A stretch of DNA of 64,000 bases from Piromyces finnis finn (Eukaryota; Fungi; Neocallimastigomycota): the NCBI GenBank assembly GCA_002104945.1, contig MCFH01000058.1:264924-328923 (forward strand), given 5' to 3'. Under the pieces are notes generated by a model, which worked only from the letters and a program-made list of their open reading frames with translations, searched no databases and was not told the origin of the DNA. The position numbers and the translations under genes were made by a program. Each line of letters opens with the position of its first letter. The first letter of the stretch is position 1. Below are positions 38,401-47,919 of the stretch, one piece after another.

Positions 38401-39329
38401 GTACAACAATTATTAATATTTATTTTTAAAGTAGTAAAAACATTTGTAGGAACAGTAGTACCATTAGCAATAGTTATATTTTGTTCCTCATCACTTTTTT
38501 CAATATTTTTATTTGATAGTTTATTAAAACCATTTGTAGTAATGATATTGACATTTGCGCCAGTATCATAAAGAATTTTTAAATATTTTCCATCTATATC
38601 ACCAATTATTAATGGAATATTAGAGTTATTAAAGGAGTACATCACTTTTGCAACTTTAGGTTTACATCCTTGTTCTAATTCTTTTCTAAGTGATGGACTA
38701 GCAGAAAGTAATTGGGAAAGACTTATTTTTGGATATAAATTATTTGCTTCTTTAATTATACTAAATTTATCTTTGGTTTTTAACACTTGTATTTCTGTCA
38801 TATTTCTTTTTGTGGTTACTTTGGTTTTGACAGAATTTTTCTTTACTTTTACATCACTTGTTTCATTATTATTTTTAAAAGTTTCTTCATTGGTAGAATC
38901 ATTAGAGTTATTAATTTCAATAGGTTGGATATGTTCTTTTGTATTAGTAACTTCTTCTAAAGGTATTTCATTTATATTATTTTGTTCTTCTTCACTTTCT
39001 ATTTCTATTTCTTCATTTGGGGTTTCTTCCATAACTTCATCTTTATCTTCGCTAATTTTTCTTCTACGAGTATCTCTAATAGCCTTCTTTTGTTGTTTTA
39101 AATTCCTAATATTAGGTTGGTTAAGTATTGAGGGTTTGACAATACTTTTATTATTTGGTGATATTTTATTTTTATCTAATGTTTTAACATTTATTTTCTT
39201 CTTTTGAGCCGCATTAATAGAATAATTATTTTCATTAGAGATATTGGAATTTATTTGTGCTTCTTGTGTATTTTGTGAACTATTTGCAATTTTAGTTTTT
39301 ATGGGAGATTGCTTACTCCCATTATTTAG
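35484..39329 (-). CDS. pol: Pol of E4 (PR-RT-RH-IN), expressed by -1 frameshift from gag
   Basis: 1182-aa ORF 39032-35484 plus 99 open codons back to the slippery site; LYDTGAN, YIDD, RTDAS, HSVGH..C..C, TDNG, GPY; no stops. Confidence 0.93.
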   Translation of the reverse strand, partial: LNNGSKQSPIKTKIANSSQNTQEAQINSNISNENNYSINAAQKKKINVKTLDKNKISPNNKSIVKPSILNQPNIRNLKQQKKAIRDTRRRKISEDKDEVMEETPNEEIEIESEEEQNNINEIPLEEVTNTKEHIQPIEINNSNDSTNEETFKNNNETSDVKVKKNSVKTKVTTKRNMTEIQVLKTKDKFSIIKEANNLYPKISLSQLLSASPSLRKELEQGCKPKVAKVMYSFNNSNIPLIIGDIDGKYLKILYDTGANVNIITTNGFNKLSNKNIEKSDEEQNITIANGTTVPTNVFTTLKININNCCTILEKFYIIEQSNPYFDIIFGRGIQKKYSLFIDPDDDYIYQKTKKGLKKITNIINSNDNDANDIPLMNSIIISKEENQEFQDTLKEILNSTPDNIKSKFEHIINKYKNCMATSMSQLTTADLEPHSIITTTNKPIKLKPYKLSKEHADILKSEILSLLDKGLITPSHSPWSFPVLLVQKKNGKWRMCIDYRRLNEITIKDSYALPFIDELISSVNGAKIFSALDLYSGYHQIPMNPNDIEKTAFTTKFGNYNFKVMPFGLTNAPVTFQREMNRILLPLIGKCLFVYIDDIVVYSKSPEEHLYHLQQVFEILSKYNLSLNLQKCKFFQEKVEVLGHVLTPNGLKTVPSKVQSIALWNAPRNVNELRSFLGLASYYRKFIQNFSIRASSLFNLLKKDQEYIWSQECNNAFEDIQQCLLSDPILSYPDFNKEFIIRTDASTNGIGAVLLQVEGDKLEHPICCISRTLSTSEKNYSVTDLEGLAIYYAILQFRQYIISNKNPTILITDHKPLLGFYKKNIPSKGRHARWIEEFNKYKIELKYDKGKKKVFADALSRLPSKNSDEIVNCAYAILSDFNPRDLDLPEGIKKYFTKNYQVVDNTLYYKKDELYLKVIYKDEDKKDIISRAHSVGHEGAEKTTNRILKSYYWPGIWNDVRMWVKSCRKCQLCRPKPLPKNTEDNITPIEQPFTRVGLDIVGPLPLTKHGNSYIITLVDYFTKWVEAKAIPNMKSEEVIKFLIEVITRHGPPEIIVTDNGSSFISDITKMMIDLYGSWVHFVSPHHPQSNGMIENRNKEIGKTLRLLIENESEWDEYLPSALWSLRTTKNSKTKFSSFELLYGRRDTWPLEIMFPDIYKDPNETEEEYIFRRFLRHQNWVKQATEYSNHANQYWEHRIGLSKALKKTYKPGDHVMIRLIGKSKLNPYFYGPYKVVNKQKFNTVVLEDPHTGKLLDRNVHIKNIFPYVLPEQNLTSRDEVNS

Positions 39330-40294
39330 TTTAAATGATTGTATTCGTCATCTAATTCTGGACAATCATTCGTAGTATGACCTATTCTTTTACAATTTAA
39401 GCAAACATTAATTTTTAGGTCAGCAAGCTTTTGAGTTATTTCTTTTAACTCATCATCATTATTTTGTGGGTATTTTAAGGTACTTTTTCTTTGCTCAACG
39501 TTTTGCTTAATATTATTAAATCTTGAATAATTATTGTTATCATTATTGTAGTTATTATTTTGAATATTACTATTATAATTATTATTTCTGTAGTTATTAG
39601 TATAATTTCTATTATTATAATTTTTAAAACTATTTTGAGTAGTGTTATTGTTATTCATTCGGTTATAACTATTAAAATTATTTGAATATGCTCTATCATT
39701 ATTTCTTTGAGCATTATTATCATTTGGAGACCTTCTAGAACTAATGGAAGTTCTTATTTTTGGTCTATTTTCTTCAACTATATTGAAAATTTTCTCTTTC
39801 TTAATAGTAATGTTTCTGGCTTCTTCTAAACTTTTTGGTTCAGCTTCTAAAAGTGCTTCGTAAGTTTTAGTAAGGTTTCTAAAAGCATTAATATAGTAGG
39901 ACAATATGATTTCATTTGACATTTTTAAGTTTGTTTTATTTATTAAAGAGTCAAATTTAATATTGAATTCAGATACACTTTCATTTTTCTTTATTGTAAT
40001 AGTAGACAATTCTAATAATCTAGAATTCTTTGATACTGAACCTTTAAAATGACTTTTAAGGTTTTTGATGATGGTATTATAATCATCTGGTGTTTCTTTA
40101 TATAATGCATTAACTACAATTGTTCTAGCTGTACCTGTAGTTAATGATATAAGGTATTCTAACTTTTCTTGTTCTGGTACCTTATATAAATTACACCAAT
40201 GTTTAAAAGAAAATTCCCAATCATCAAATTCAACCTTTGTTGAACCCAAAATAGGTATTCTATTAAAGGTAATACCTATAGTAGTATTATCCAT
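39326..40294 (-). CDS. gag: Gag of E4 (CCHC knuckle CLNCKRIGHTTNDC)
   Basis: 322-aa ORF ending T-TTA-AAC-TAA. Confidence 0.92.
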   Translation of the reverse strand: MDNTTIGITFNRIPILGSTKVEFDDWEFSFKHWCNLYKVPEQEKLEYLISLTTGTARTIVVNALYKETPDDYNTIIKNLKSHFKGSVSKNSRLLELSTITIKKNESVSEFNIKFDSLINKTNLKMSNEIILSYYINAFRNLTKTYEALLEAEPKSLEEARNITIKKEKIFNIVEENRPKIRTSISSRRSPNDNNAQRNNDRAYSNNFNSYNRMNNNNTTQNSFKNYNNRNYTNNYRNNNYNSNIQNNNYNNDNNNYSRFNNIKQNVEQRKSTLKYPQNNDDELKEITQKLADLKINVCLNCKRIGHTTNDCPELDDEYNHLN

Positions 40295-41766
40295 TATTAC
40301 TTTTTATTTTTTCTTGTTCTGGTACCTTATATAAATTACACCAATGTTTAAAAGAAAATTCCCAATCATCAAATTCAACCTTTGTTGAACCCAAAATAGG
40401 TATTCTATTAAAGGTAATACCTTTAGTATTATTATCCATTATTACTTTTTATTTTTACTTTATTTAATTTTATTTTAATATTTTATTTAAAAACTCAATT
40501 TTTATTTATTCTCAATAATTTAGTTATAAGAACAATAATATGTTTTTATTTACAACAATCTTTATTTACAATAATTTAGTTATAAGTACAGTAATATGTT
40601 TTTATTTACAATAGTCTTTATTTACAATAATATAATTTTATTTACAGGTATTTTATTTATTATACTTTTATTAATATAATCTTATATAACGTCTATATAA
40701 TGTAATATAAAAGGAGTAATCGGTTGTTACTTGTAGACACTTGTTTTAGTTTTATTGTAATTAAGAAGATTTTATTTTTGAGAAAATGTTAAGAATATAT
40801 TTTATTTATATTAAGTTATTTATATATTAGTATTGTAAAAAAAAATATTTAATTTAGAGTAGGATGTTTATTTTTATTTCTTTATTATAAAGCAGAAAAT
40901 AATATTGATTATGTTATTATAGTACCTTCAGAGTACCCGACAGTTTCGTCAACGTGCCTTTCGACCTCCACTAACTAACCGTCATAAATATTAAGTGGTG
41001 TAATATTTACTTATTAGTTAGCGCTCTACTCCCCCACGATATGTGATAAAACTGCACTCTTACTAACTTACTATAAAACACTTTAATTATCTTAGTAATT
41101 AATTAACCGAAAAGATAAACAAAAGTTATTTTTCGCTGAAAATTAACTAAAAAGACAACTCAATATTATTGCTTTTATTATTTAAAATTTATAACAATAC
41201 TTTTAATTTTATTTGACCGATGATTATATTTTATAATTTTTATTAAATGATTTTTATCTTTAATTTATAAATTATAATTATTAATTTATAATTATAATTT
41301 ATGTATTTCTTTTTCTTTTTTTAAAAAAAATAATTAAATATAAAACTTTATTTACAGGATTTATTTTTCGCTTTTTAGTGCCTTACAACAATTTAATTAA
41401 CCGGCAAAAGCTACTAACTAGAGGTGATATACTAGACCTCAAAATAAATTTAAACTATATATTTTTATGTCGCTTTACCTTCACGACAAACCTTTAGCCT
41501 TCGGTGACTAAAGTTCCTTATTCGCCAGAGTTCACAAAAGTATTCAACTTGAGAGTCCTGTATTGTGTGCTTTTTATCACACTAACAATCCCTTCCCCCA
41601 AGTAAGCGTGCTATTCACACTCGTCCTACTTTTACAAATACTTCAGTGATTAACAGCTATAATTTCTAACCAACTGAAACTAGTTAATTATACACTGAAA
41701 CTCTGTATATGAGCTCTATACGCTCCTAGTATATTTTTACAAGTATTTTTATTTATAAAGTTTTAT

Positions 41767-41797
<31 letters not shown>

Positions 41798-42001
41798 TTT
41801 GGTTTGTTTGGTGTATATATATTATTATATATATATACTTAAATCTTTATTTATTATTATTTTGATTTATTTTTATTATATATTTATTTTTATGTATATA
41901 TATCTAATGTATATATACCTATTTTATTATTATAATTAATTCTTTCAACTTTCTTATTTATAATATTATCAATCTATTTATCTAATAATTTTTCTATACT
42001 A

Positions 42002-42032
<31 letters not shown>

Positions 42033-42392
42033 CTTTTCTTATTTAAAATATCTATATATTTTATCTAATATATAATGTTTATATATCAATTTACTATATT
42101 AATACTATACTATTAAGTATTATAATTTATTTATTTTATTTTAATATTGATTTAATAATATTTAAATAATATTTCAATATTGAATATTGATTTATTATTT
42201 TAATATTATTTTATTATTTAATAAGTTATAATTTCTAAATAGATAAAATATTGAGAATATTTAACTATTCTGTTAACTATCTATTCTATACTATTATAAC
42301 TTGATTATTTAATTAATTTCATAGAATATTTTACTATTCTATATGAAATTTTTATATAAAGAAAATTTTATATATTTACCTTATTTTGATTC

Positions 42393-42409
42393 TCCGGTTC
42401 GAAGGACCA
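42393..42409 (-). other. tRNA-Tyr-type PBS (TGGTCCTTCGAACCGGA)
   Basis: 1 nt from the 5' LTR; complementary to a tRNA 3' end ...TCGAAGGA-CCA, i.e. a CCTTCGA acceptor stem as in eukaryotic tRNA-Tyr. Confidence 0.75.
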
Positions 42410-43479
42410 TTGATATAATGTGATAATAATCTTAATTTTGAATTTTACTTCAAAAAGTGATTATTATATTATATCTTTTGTTATAACTATATAAGTTATA
42501 TTGATTAAGATTTAAGATCGTTTTTATAAAAATTAATAAAATTGTTTTGTTAAAACACTAAATTGTTTTATTAGAAACACTTGTTTTTCTAATATTTAAA
42601 TATTTAAAATTTTATTTATTTAAGTATAAAAGTGATTATTAAAATTATAAAATATTAATCTAACTATATACAAAAAGTGATTATTATATTATATCTTTTG
42701 TTATAACTATATAAGTTATATTGATTAAGATTTAAGATCGTTTTTATAAAAATTAATAAAATTGTTTTGTTAAAACACTAAATTGTTTTATTAGAAACAC
42801 TTGTTTTTCTAATATTTAAATATTTAAAATTTTATTTATTTAAGTATAAAAGTGATTATTAAAATTATAAAATATTAATCTAACTATATAATATTTCTTT
42901 ATTAATAATAATAATGATGATTAAAATAAGAATATTTACATGTATTTATATTTTCTTTTAATCTAACTATATAATATTTCTTTATTAATAATAATAATGA
43001 TGATTAAAATAAGAATATTTACATGTATTTATATTTTCTTTTAGATTTAAACTATTTACATTAAAACAATAAAATTAATAACTATTTACAATAAAAATAA
43101 TAAAAGTAATTAGAAATAACAATAAAAGAAATAATTAAAAGTTAAAAAATATAAAAAGTTGTTTATTTTACAATTAATTAAAGTAATAATTATTCTTAAT
43201 GTTTTAATAAAGGTGTTTAATTATATTATTTTATAACATGAATTATTATATTTGTTTACTTTTAAAGTGTAATTTACTAACGAAGTTATTAAATATTTAA
43301 TTTAACAATTAATTTAACAAAAGTTATATATTTTGATCTCGATTAATTAAAGTTAATTATTTTCTTTCAATAATCAAAATATATGCAGTGTTTAGGATTA
43401 ATTTTATTTAAGAATTTTGGTAAAGTACTTAATTAAACTATAACTTGTTTTAAGTTACTTTTAGGGTTAACTTAAAAAT

Positions 43480-44122
43480 TGTCAAAATCACAATTCATGA
43501 AATTTGACATTTCATGAAATTTCATAATTTTGAATTATTAGTTAAATTAATTAAAATATTAATTTAATAATATTTTACTAATAATAGTTTATTTAATATA
43601 AATATTAATTGGAAAGCTATTTATTATCCGGAGATAAATAGAGTGTAACAATTAATTAATATTAAACAAACCAATTAGTAAAATAAGATTCATTTAAATA
43701 ATTATTAATATTATTTTTAACAACTTATTAATATCGATATTTAAAGAAAATTATATTATTATTACTATTATATTTTATTAATATTTATATTTATATTATT
43801 ATACATGTATAACTTAAATTATATTATTATTATACTTTATTAATATCAACATTATATTAAAAATGAAGTATAAATAAGTTGAACAAAGAACAACTTTAAG
43901 AAGTTCTTTGTGAGATTATTATACTCATTTTTATATAGTAAATTCAATATTTAAAATTAATAATTATCATTTACTTATATTATAAAAATTAAATAAAATA
44001 TTTCTTAAAAAATTATATTTATTACTCTTTTATTTATAAAAATTTATTATTTACTATATAATTAAGCCTATCCTAACCTAGTAGACTTAATTATAATTCT
44101 AAATCCACTCTAACTCTTGACA
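43480..44122 (+). mobile_element. Solo LTR, family B (E2 family), 643 bp
   Basis: Near-identical to the E2 LTRs; TSD AAAAT (43475-43479 / 44123-44127). Confidence 0.95.
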
Positions 44123-44128
44123 AAAATC

Positions 44129-45133
44129 TGTTAAGTTTTTGGATTTGGTTATGCGGCCAGGTCAGAATGTTATCAATTATATAGTAAATATATTTTTAAG
44201 AAATTAAATTTAAATATAAAATAACCCTTTAAACTTCCAAATGAAAAATTAATATTTATTCTTTAGAATAATTTTTTTTTTTTTTTTATAAAATTTTATT
44301 TATTTATTAATAATAATATAAATGATAATATATTTAATAACTATATAATTAAGATTATAACTATAATCTTTACAAAGAATTAAAATCAAATTCAATTCAT
44401 TCTATTTTATATTCTTTGTTCAGATTATTAAATTGATAAAAATAAAGTATTACATGTAATATGTTAATAATATAATAAGATTGTTTGTTTGCTTGTTTGT
44501 TTGTTTTGTCATGACATAAAATAAAATAAACATATGATTAATCATTTAAACACTTGATCCATTAACCTATTTTATAATAATTAAAATTATTTAATTTATA
44601 AATGTTAACTGTTACACCTAAATGGTTTAGTTCTATTTTTAGTAACAGTCACTATCATTAATTAAATTAATATAATTAGAATTTCTATTGATATCTTTTT
44701 AATTTTCGTCAAGTCATAAGAAATGTCTATGATCCATATTTGATATCACATTAATTTTAATTTACTTATTAAAATCTTCAAATGATCATATCTTCCTTAA
44801 ATGACCAGTTAGAAGGACCGCGATTGTACCAAAATGTAGCTTTTTCCTTAAGCTTTCTAATAAACCTGGTTTCACAGCCGTAGTACTTATAGCCGTAGCG
44901 ATCGTTTTTGGCGAGTTACACCATGTTTCGTGTTTGTTTATTTTTGGTTAAGGGTTATAGTGTATTGATATTAAATTTTTTGAAATCATAACCCTTTCAC
45001 TGAATCAGAATTTAAAAGGTGACTTTTAAAGGTGTTTTAAAATAATTATTGGGATCATTTAATTCTAATTATTATGTTTAATTAATTATAGATATTATCT
45101 GAATTTGTTTTAAATCCAGTTAATATCTTCACA
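44129..45133 (-). mobile_element. Solo LTR, family F (E5 family)
   Basis: Matches 61915-62908 and 60369-61357; TSD AAATC (44124-44128 / 45134-45138). Confidence 0.93.
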
Positions 45134-45199
45134 AAATCAGGTTTAATAATAATTTTATATTTATTAATTTCATTATTTTTCAATAGAATCAATAAAATA

Positions 45200-45271
45200 G
45201 GGGTGTTAGCTCAGCGGTAGAGCAATTGACTGCAGATCAATAGGTCTTCGGTTCAAATCCGGAACACCCCT
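45200..45271 (+). tRNA. tRNA-Cys(GCA)
   Basis: Same as 12025-12096 except one acceptor-stem base; followed by a T5 terminator-like run. Confidence 0.97.
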
Positions 45272-47209
45272 AATATTTTATTTCTTATTTTAAAATCTAA
45301 AATGTTATGTCAATTAAATGGAAAATAATTAACATGTATAAAATTATAAAATTAAATAGTTATATTTGTTTATAAGTAAACTCTAAAATAATTTTGTATA
45401 AATAGTAAGAGTTTGTTCTTTTAAAAATTGTTCCTAATAATCGGTCAAAATTTGATATATTATATTAAATTTAAAATAAAATACGCTTTATAATTAATAA
45501 ACAAATCTCTTAAATTTAAAAATAAACTCTTTTAATTATGTTTTTAAATTATCTCTTTATTATATTTTTATTATTTATTTATTGTCTACTTATTGTCTTT
45601 TTTTTTATAAATTAATTATGTTTTTAAATTATCTCTTTATTATATTTTTATTATTTATTTATTGTCTACTTATTGTCTTTTTTTTATAAAGAAGAATTTT
45701 ATTTTCCTTTTATACATTTTCATTTATTACATGTATTATTTTTAACTATTAAATATTATTACTATTACTATTGTTATTATTTATTAAAATTAAAAGGATA
45801 AATTAAAATTATGTCTTAGTATTATAAAATATTATAGAATATTACTTATTTGATTTTCTTATTACTTCAAAATGTTTAAATTTAGAAAAATTATTATAAA
45901 TTATCATTGACTATCATTAAATGTATAATACCTTAAATAAAATAATTAAAATTTAAAATTAAAATAAAATTAAAATAAAATTATAACAAAATTAAAATAT
46001 TAAAAGTATCAATTATTATAAGCACGCATTTTATTCAGAAACATAAAAGAGTTCTGTATTTTTTATTGATAAATTATTTATCAATATCATGTCACAATAA
46101 CATATATAAAAATTTAAAAAATTTGGACACATAGAAAAAATTAAAAATTTTTATTAAAAGTAAAATTTGAAAAATTTGAAAAATTTTATTTTTTAAATTT
46201 TTATTAAAAGTAATTAAAATATTAAAAGTATCAATTATTATAAGCACGCATTTTATTCAGAAACATAAAAGAGTTCTGTATTTTTTATTGATAAATTATT
46301 TATCAATATCATGTCACAATAACATATATAAAAATTTAAAAAATTTGGACACATAGAAAAAATTAAAAATTTTTATTAAAAGTAAAATTTGAAAAATTTG
46401 AAAAATTTTATTTTTTAAATTTTTATTAAAAGTAATTAAAGTAAAATTTTAATAATAGTTGTTATAATTAATTAGTTAATACATAATAATATTTAAAAGA
46501 CAAAAATAAGTTTTTATATAATAAAAATTATTGTTAAAAAGAGTGTAAAAACAATAAATAAAAGAAAATATAAAAACGAAATTAAACTTGTCTAATTTGT
46601 AATTATTGTGTTGAAAATAAATAATATTTTATAGAATAAATCTGGTGTTATTATTCTATATAAATATTATTAAATAATAAAACTATAAAGTAAAATAAAA
46701 TAAATTCATAAAATCAGTAGATATTGTTAAAGCTCGTACAATAATTGTCGAGATAAAACAATATAAGATAACAGAAGTAGTTAAAAAGTTGTAATATAAC
46801 TACCAATCCGTTATCATATTGATAAAGAATGAAATTTATAAATAATAAATTAATAGTTAATTTTGAAATTATATAAACTTAATATAAATTAAAATAATAG
46901 TAGATAATTAAAATAATATAAATTAAAATAATAGTAGATAATTAAAATAATGTAAAATATAAATATTTAATTAAATTTTAAAAATGTAAAACAACATAAA
47001 CAATTTTTGTTTATAAACAAACTTAAATGTAATTAAATAATATAAATAGAAATAGAAAACATTATTTTAAAACTTGTTACTAATTAGCCAAGAAAGTTAA
47101 AATATTTTAATAATAAAATAATAAATTATTATATATATTTTTTATAATACATAACGAGATGTATTATACATTTATTTTAAACTAATAAACTAGGTCAGGA
47201 AAACAAATA

Positions 47210-47919
47210 TTTTTTTTTTTAGACTAGGAAGAGAATACACATCTTTTATTTATTTATTTAATTTGTGATATTACATAATATTAGGTGATAATACATATTG
47301 ATATAATAAATAATAAATAAAAATAATAAAATATATATAAATAAAAATATAAAATAATATAAAATAATTATTTAAGTTGCATAAAAGTTCAATGAACTCT
47401 GCAATTTGTAGTGTGTGGGATTGGTCCCTACCTAATAAATTAAATGAAATAAAAAAAAGAAGTAACATCAAGTATGATAGTGTGGTGTCCACTAAACTCT
47501 CCCATGAGTTCATAATGTTTTCATTTGAAGAAATACTAACATTGAACCCTGTGTACGGAACACTGAGAATGTTCCTTTGCCATATCGGTACGACGTCGGC
47601 GCTCTTGATTACGTTAGGTGTCTTACTAAACCTATCAAAAAGTAGCTTCATAGAGCTACTAATGATAGGGATTGTTTTAGTAAGAAAAGCCGCGAGACCC
47701 TCCACATATGGAACATGAGACCCCGAACTGTAAAACTGTTCATTCAAATGTCTTTGTTCCGCCTTATCGATTTGTAGCTCATCATTAGCTAAAGTTCCAC
47801 CAAGAAGGAGCAAAAAAATATAGTTATAAATTGTTTTTCTTACTTCCATTTCAGGGAGTAAGTATGTGATGAATTGATTCTTATATTTATTGTAAAAAAG
47901 GGTAAAAAGATCGTCGAGA
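47210..47919 (-). mobile_element. Candidate mRNA retrocopy (processed insertion)
   Basis: 13-bp direct repeat AGGAAAACAAATA (47197-47209 / 47920-47932); T11 run at 47210-47220; AATAAA 24 nt before the tail; contains ORF 47849-47271. Confidence 0.65.
47271..47849 (-). CDS. Hypothetical signal-peptide/membrane protein; AT-rich C-terminal ~35 aa doubtful
   Basis: 192-aa ORF: N-terminal MEVRK..IFLLLLGGTLA, normal-composition core, hydrophobic LSYLMLLLFFISFNLLG; no recognisable family. Confidence 0.45.
   Translation of the reverse strand: MEVRKTIYNYIFLLLLGGTLANDELQIDKAEQRHLNEQFYSSGSHVPYVEGLAAFLTKTIPIISSSMKLLFDRFSKTPNVIKSADVVPIWQRNILSVPYTGFNVSISSNENIMNSWESLVDTTLSYLMLLLFFISFNLLGRDQSHTLQIAEFIELLCNLNNYFILFYIFIYIYFIIFIYYLLYQYVLSPNIM

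Larger units (their letters stand above)
34660..45182 (-). mobile_element. E4: non-chromodomain Ty3/gypsy element (LTR family C) with apparently intact gag-pol; 5' LTR carries two nested solo LTRs
   Basis: 3' LTR 34660-35470; 5' LTR 42411-45182 (internal duplications, inserts B and F); tRNA-Tyr PBS; PPT AAAAGGCCGAGAAAC; outer flanks CAAC/ATAG do not form a TSD. Confidence 0.92.

Noticed and set aside
34656-45186. TSD for E4 (and for solo C at 30556)
   Set aside because: Flanks CAAC/ATAG and ATTT/TCTG do not match; possibly inter-element recombination or later insertions, so no TSD is claimed.
47377-47718. 113-aa plus-strand ORF
   Set aside because: Antisense to the 192-aa ORF, whose orientation agrees with the poly(A) tail and AATAAA.
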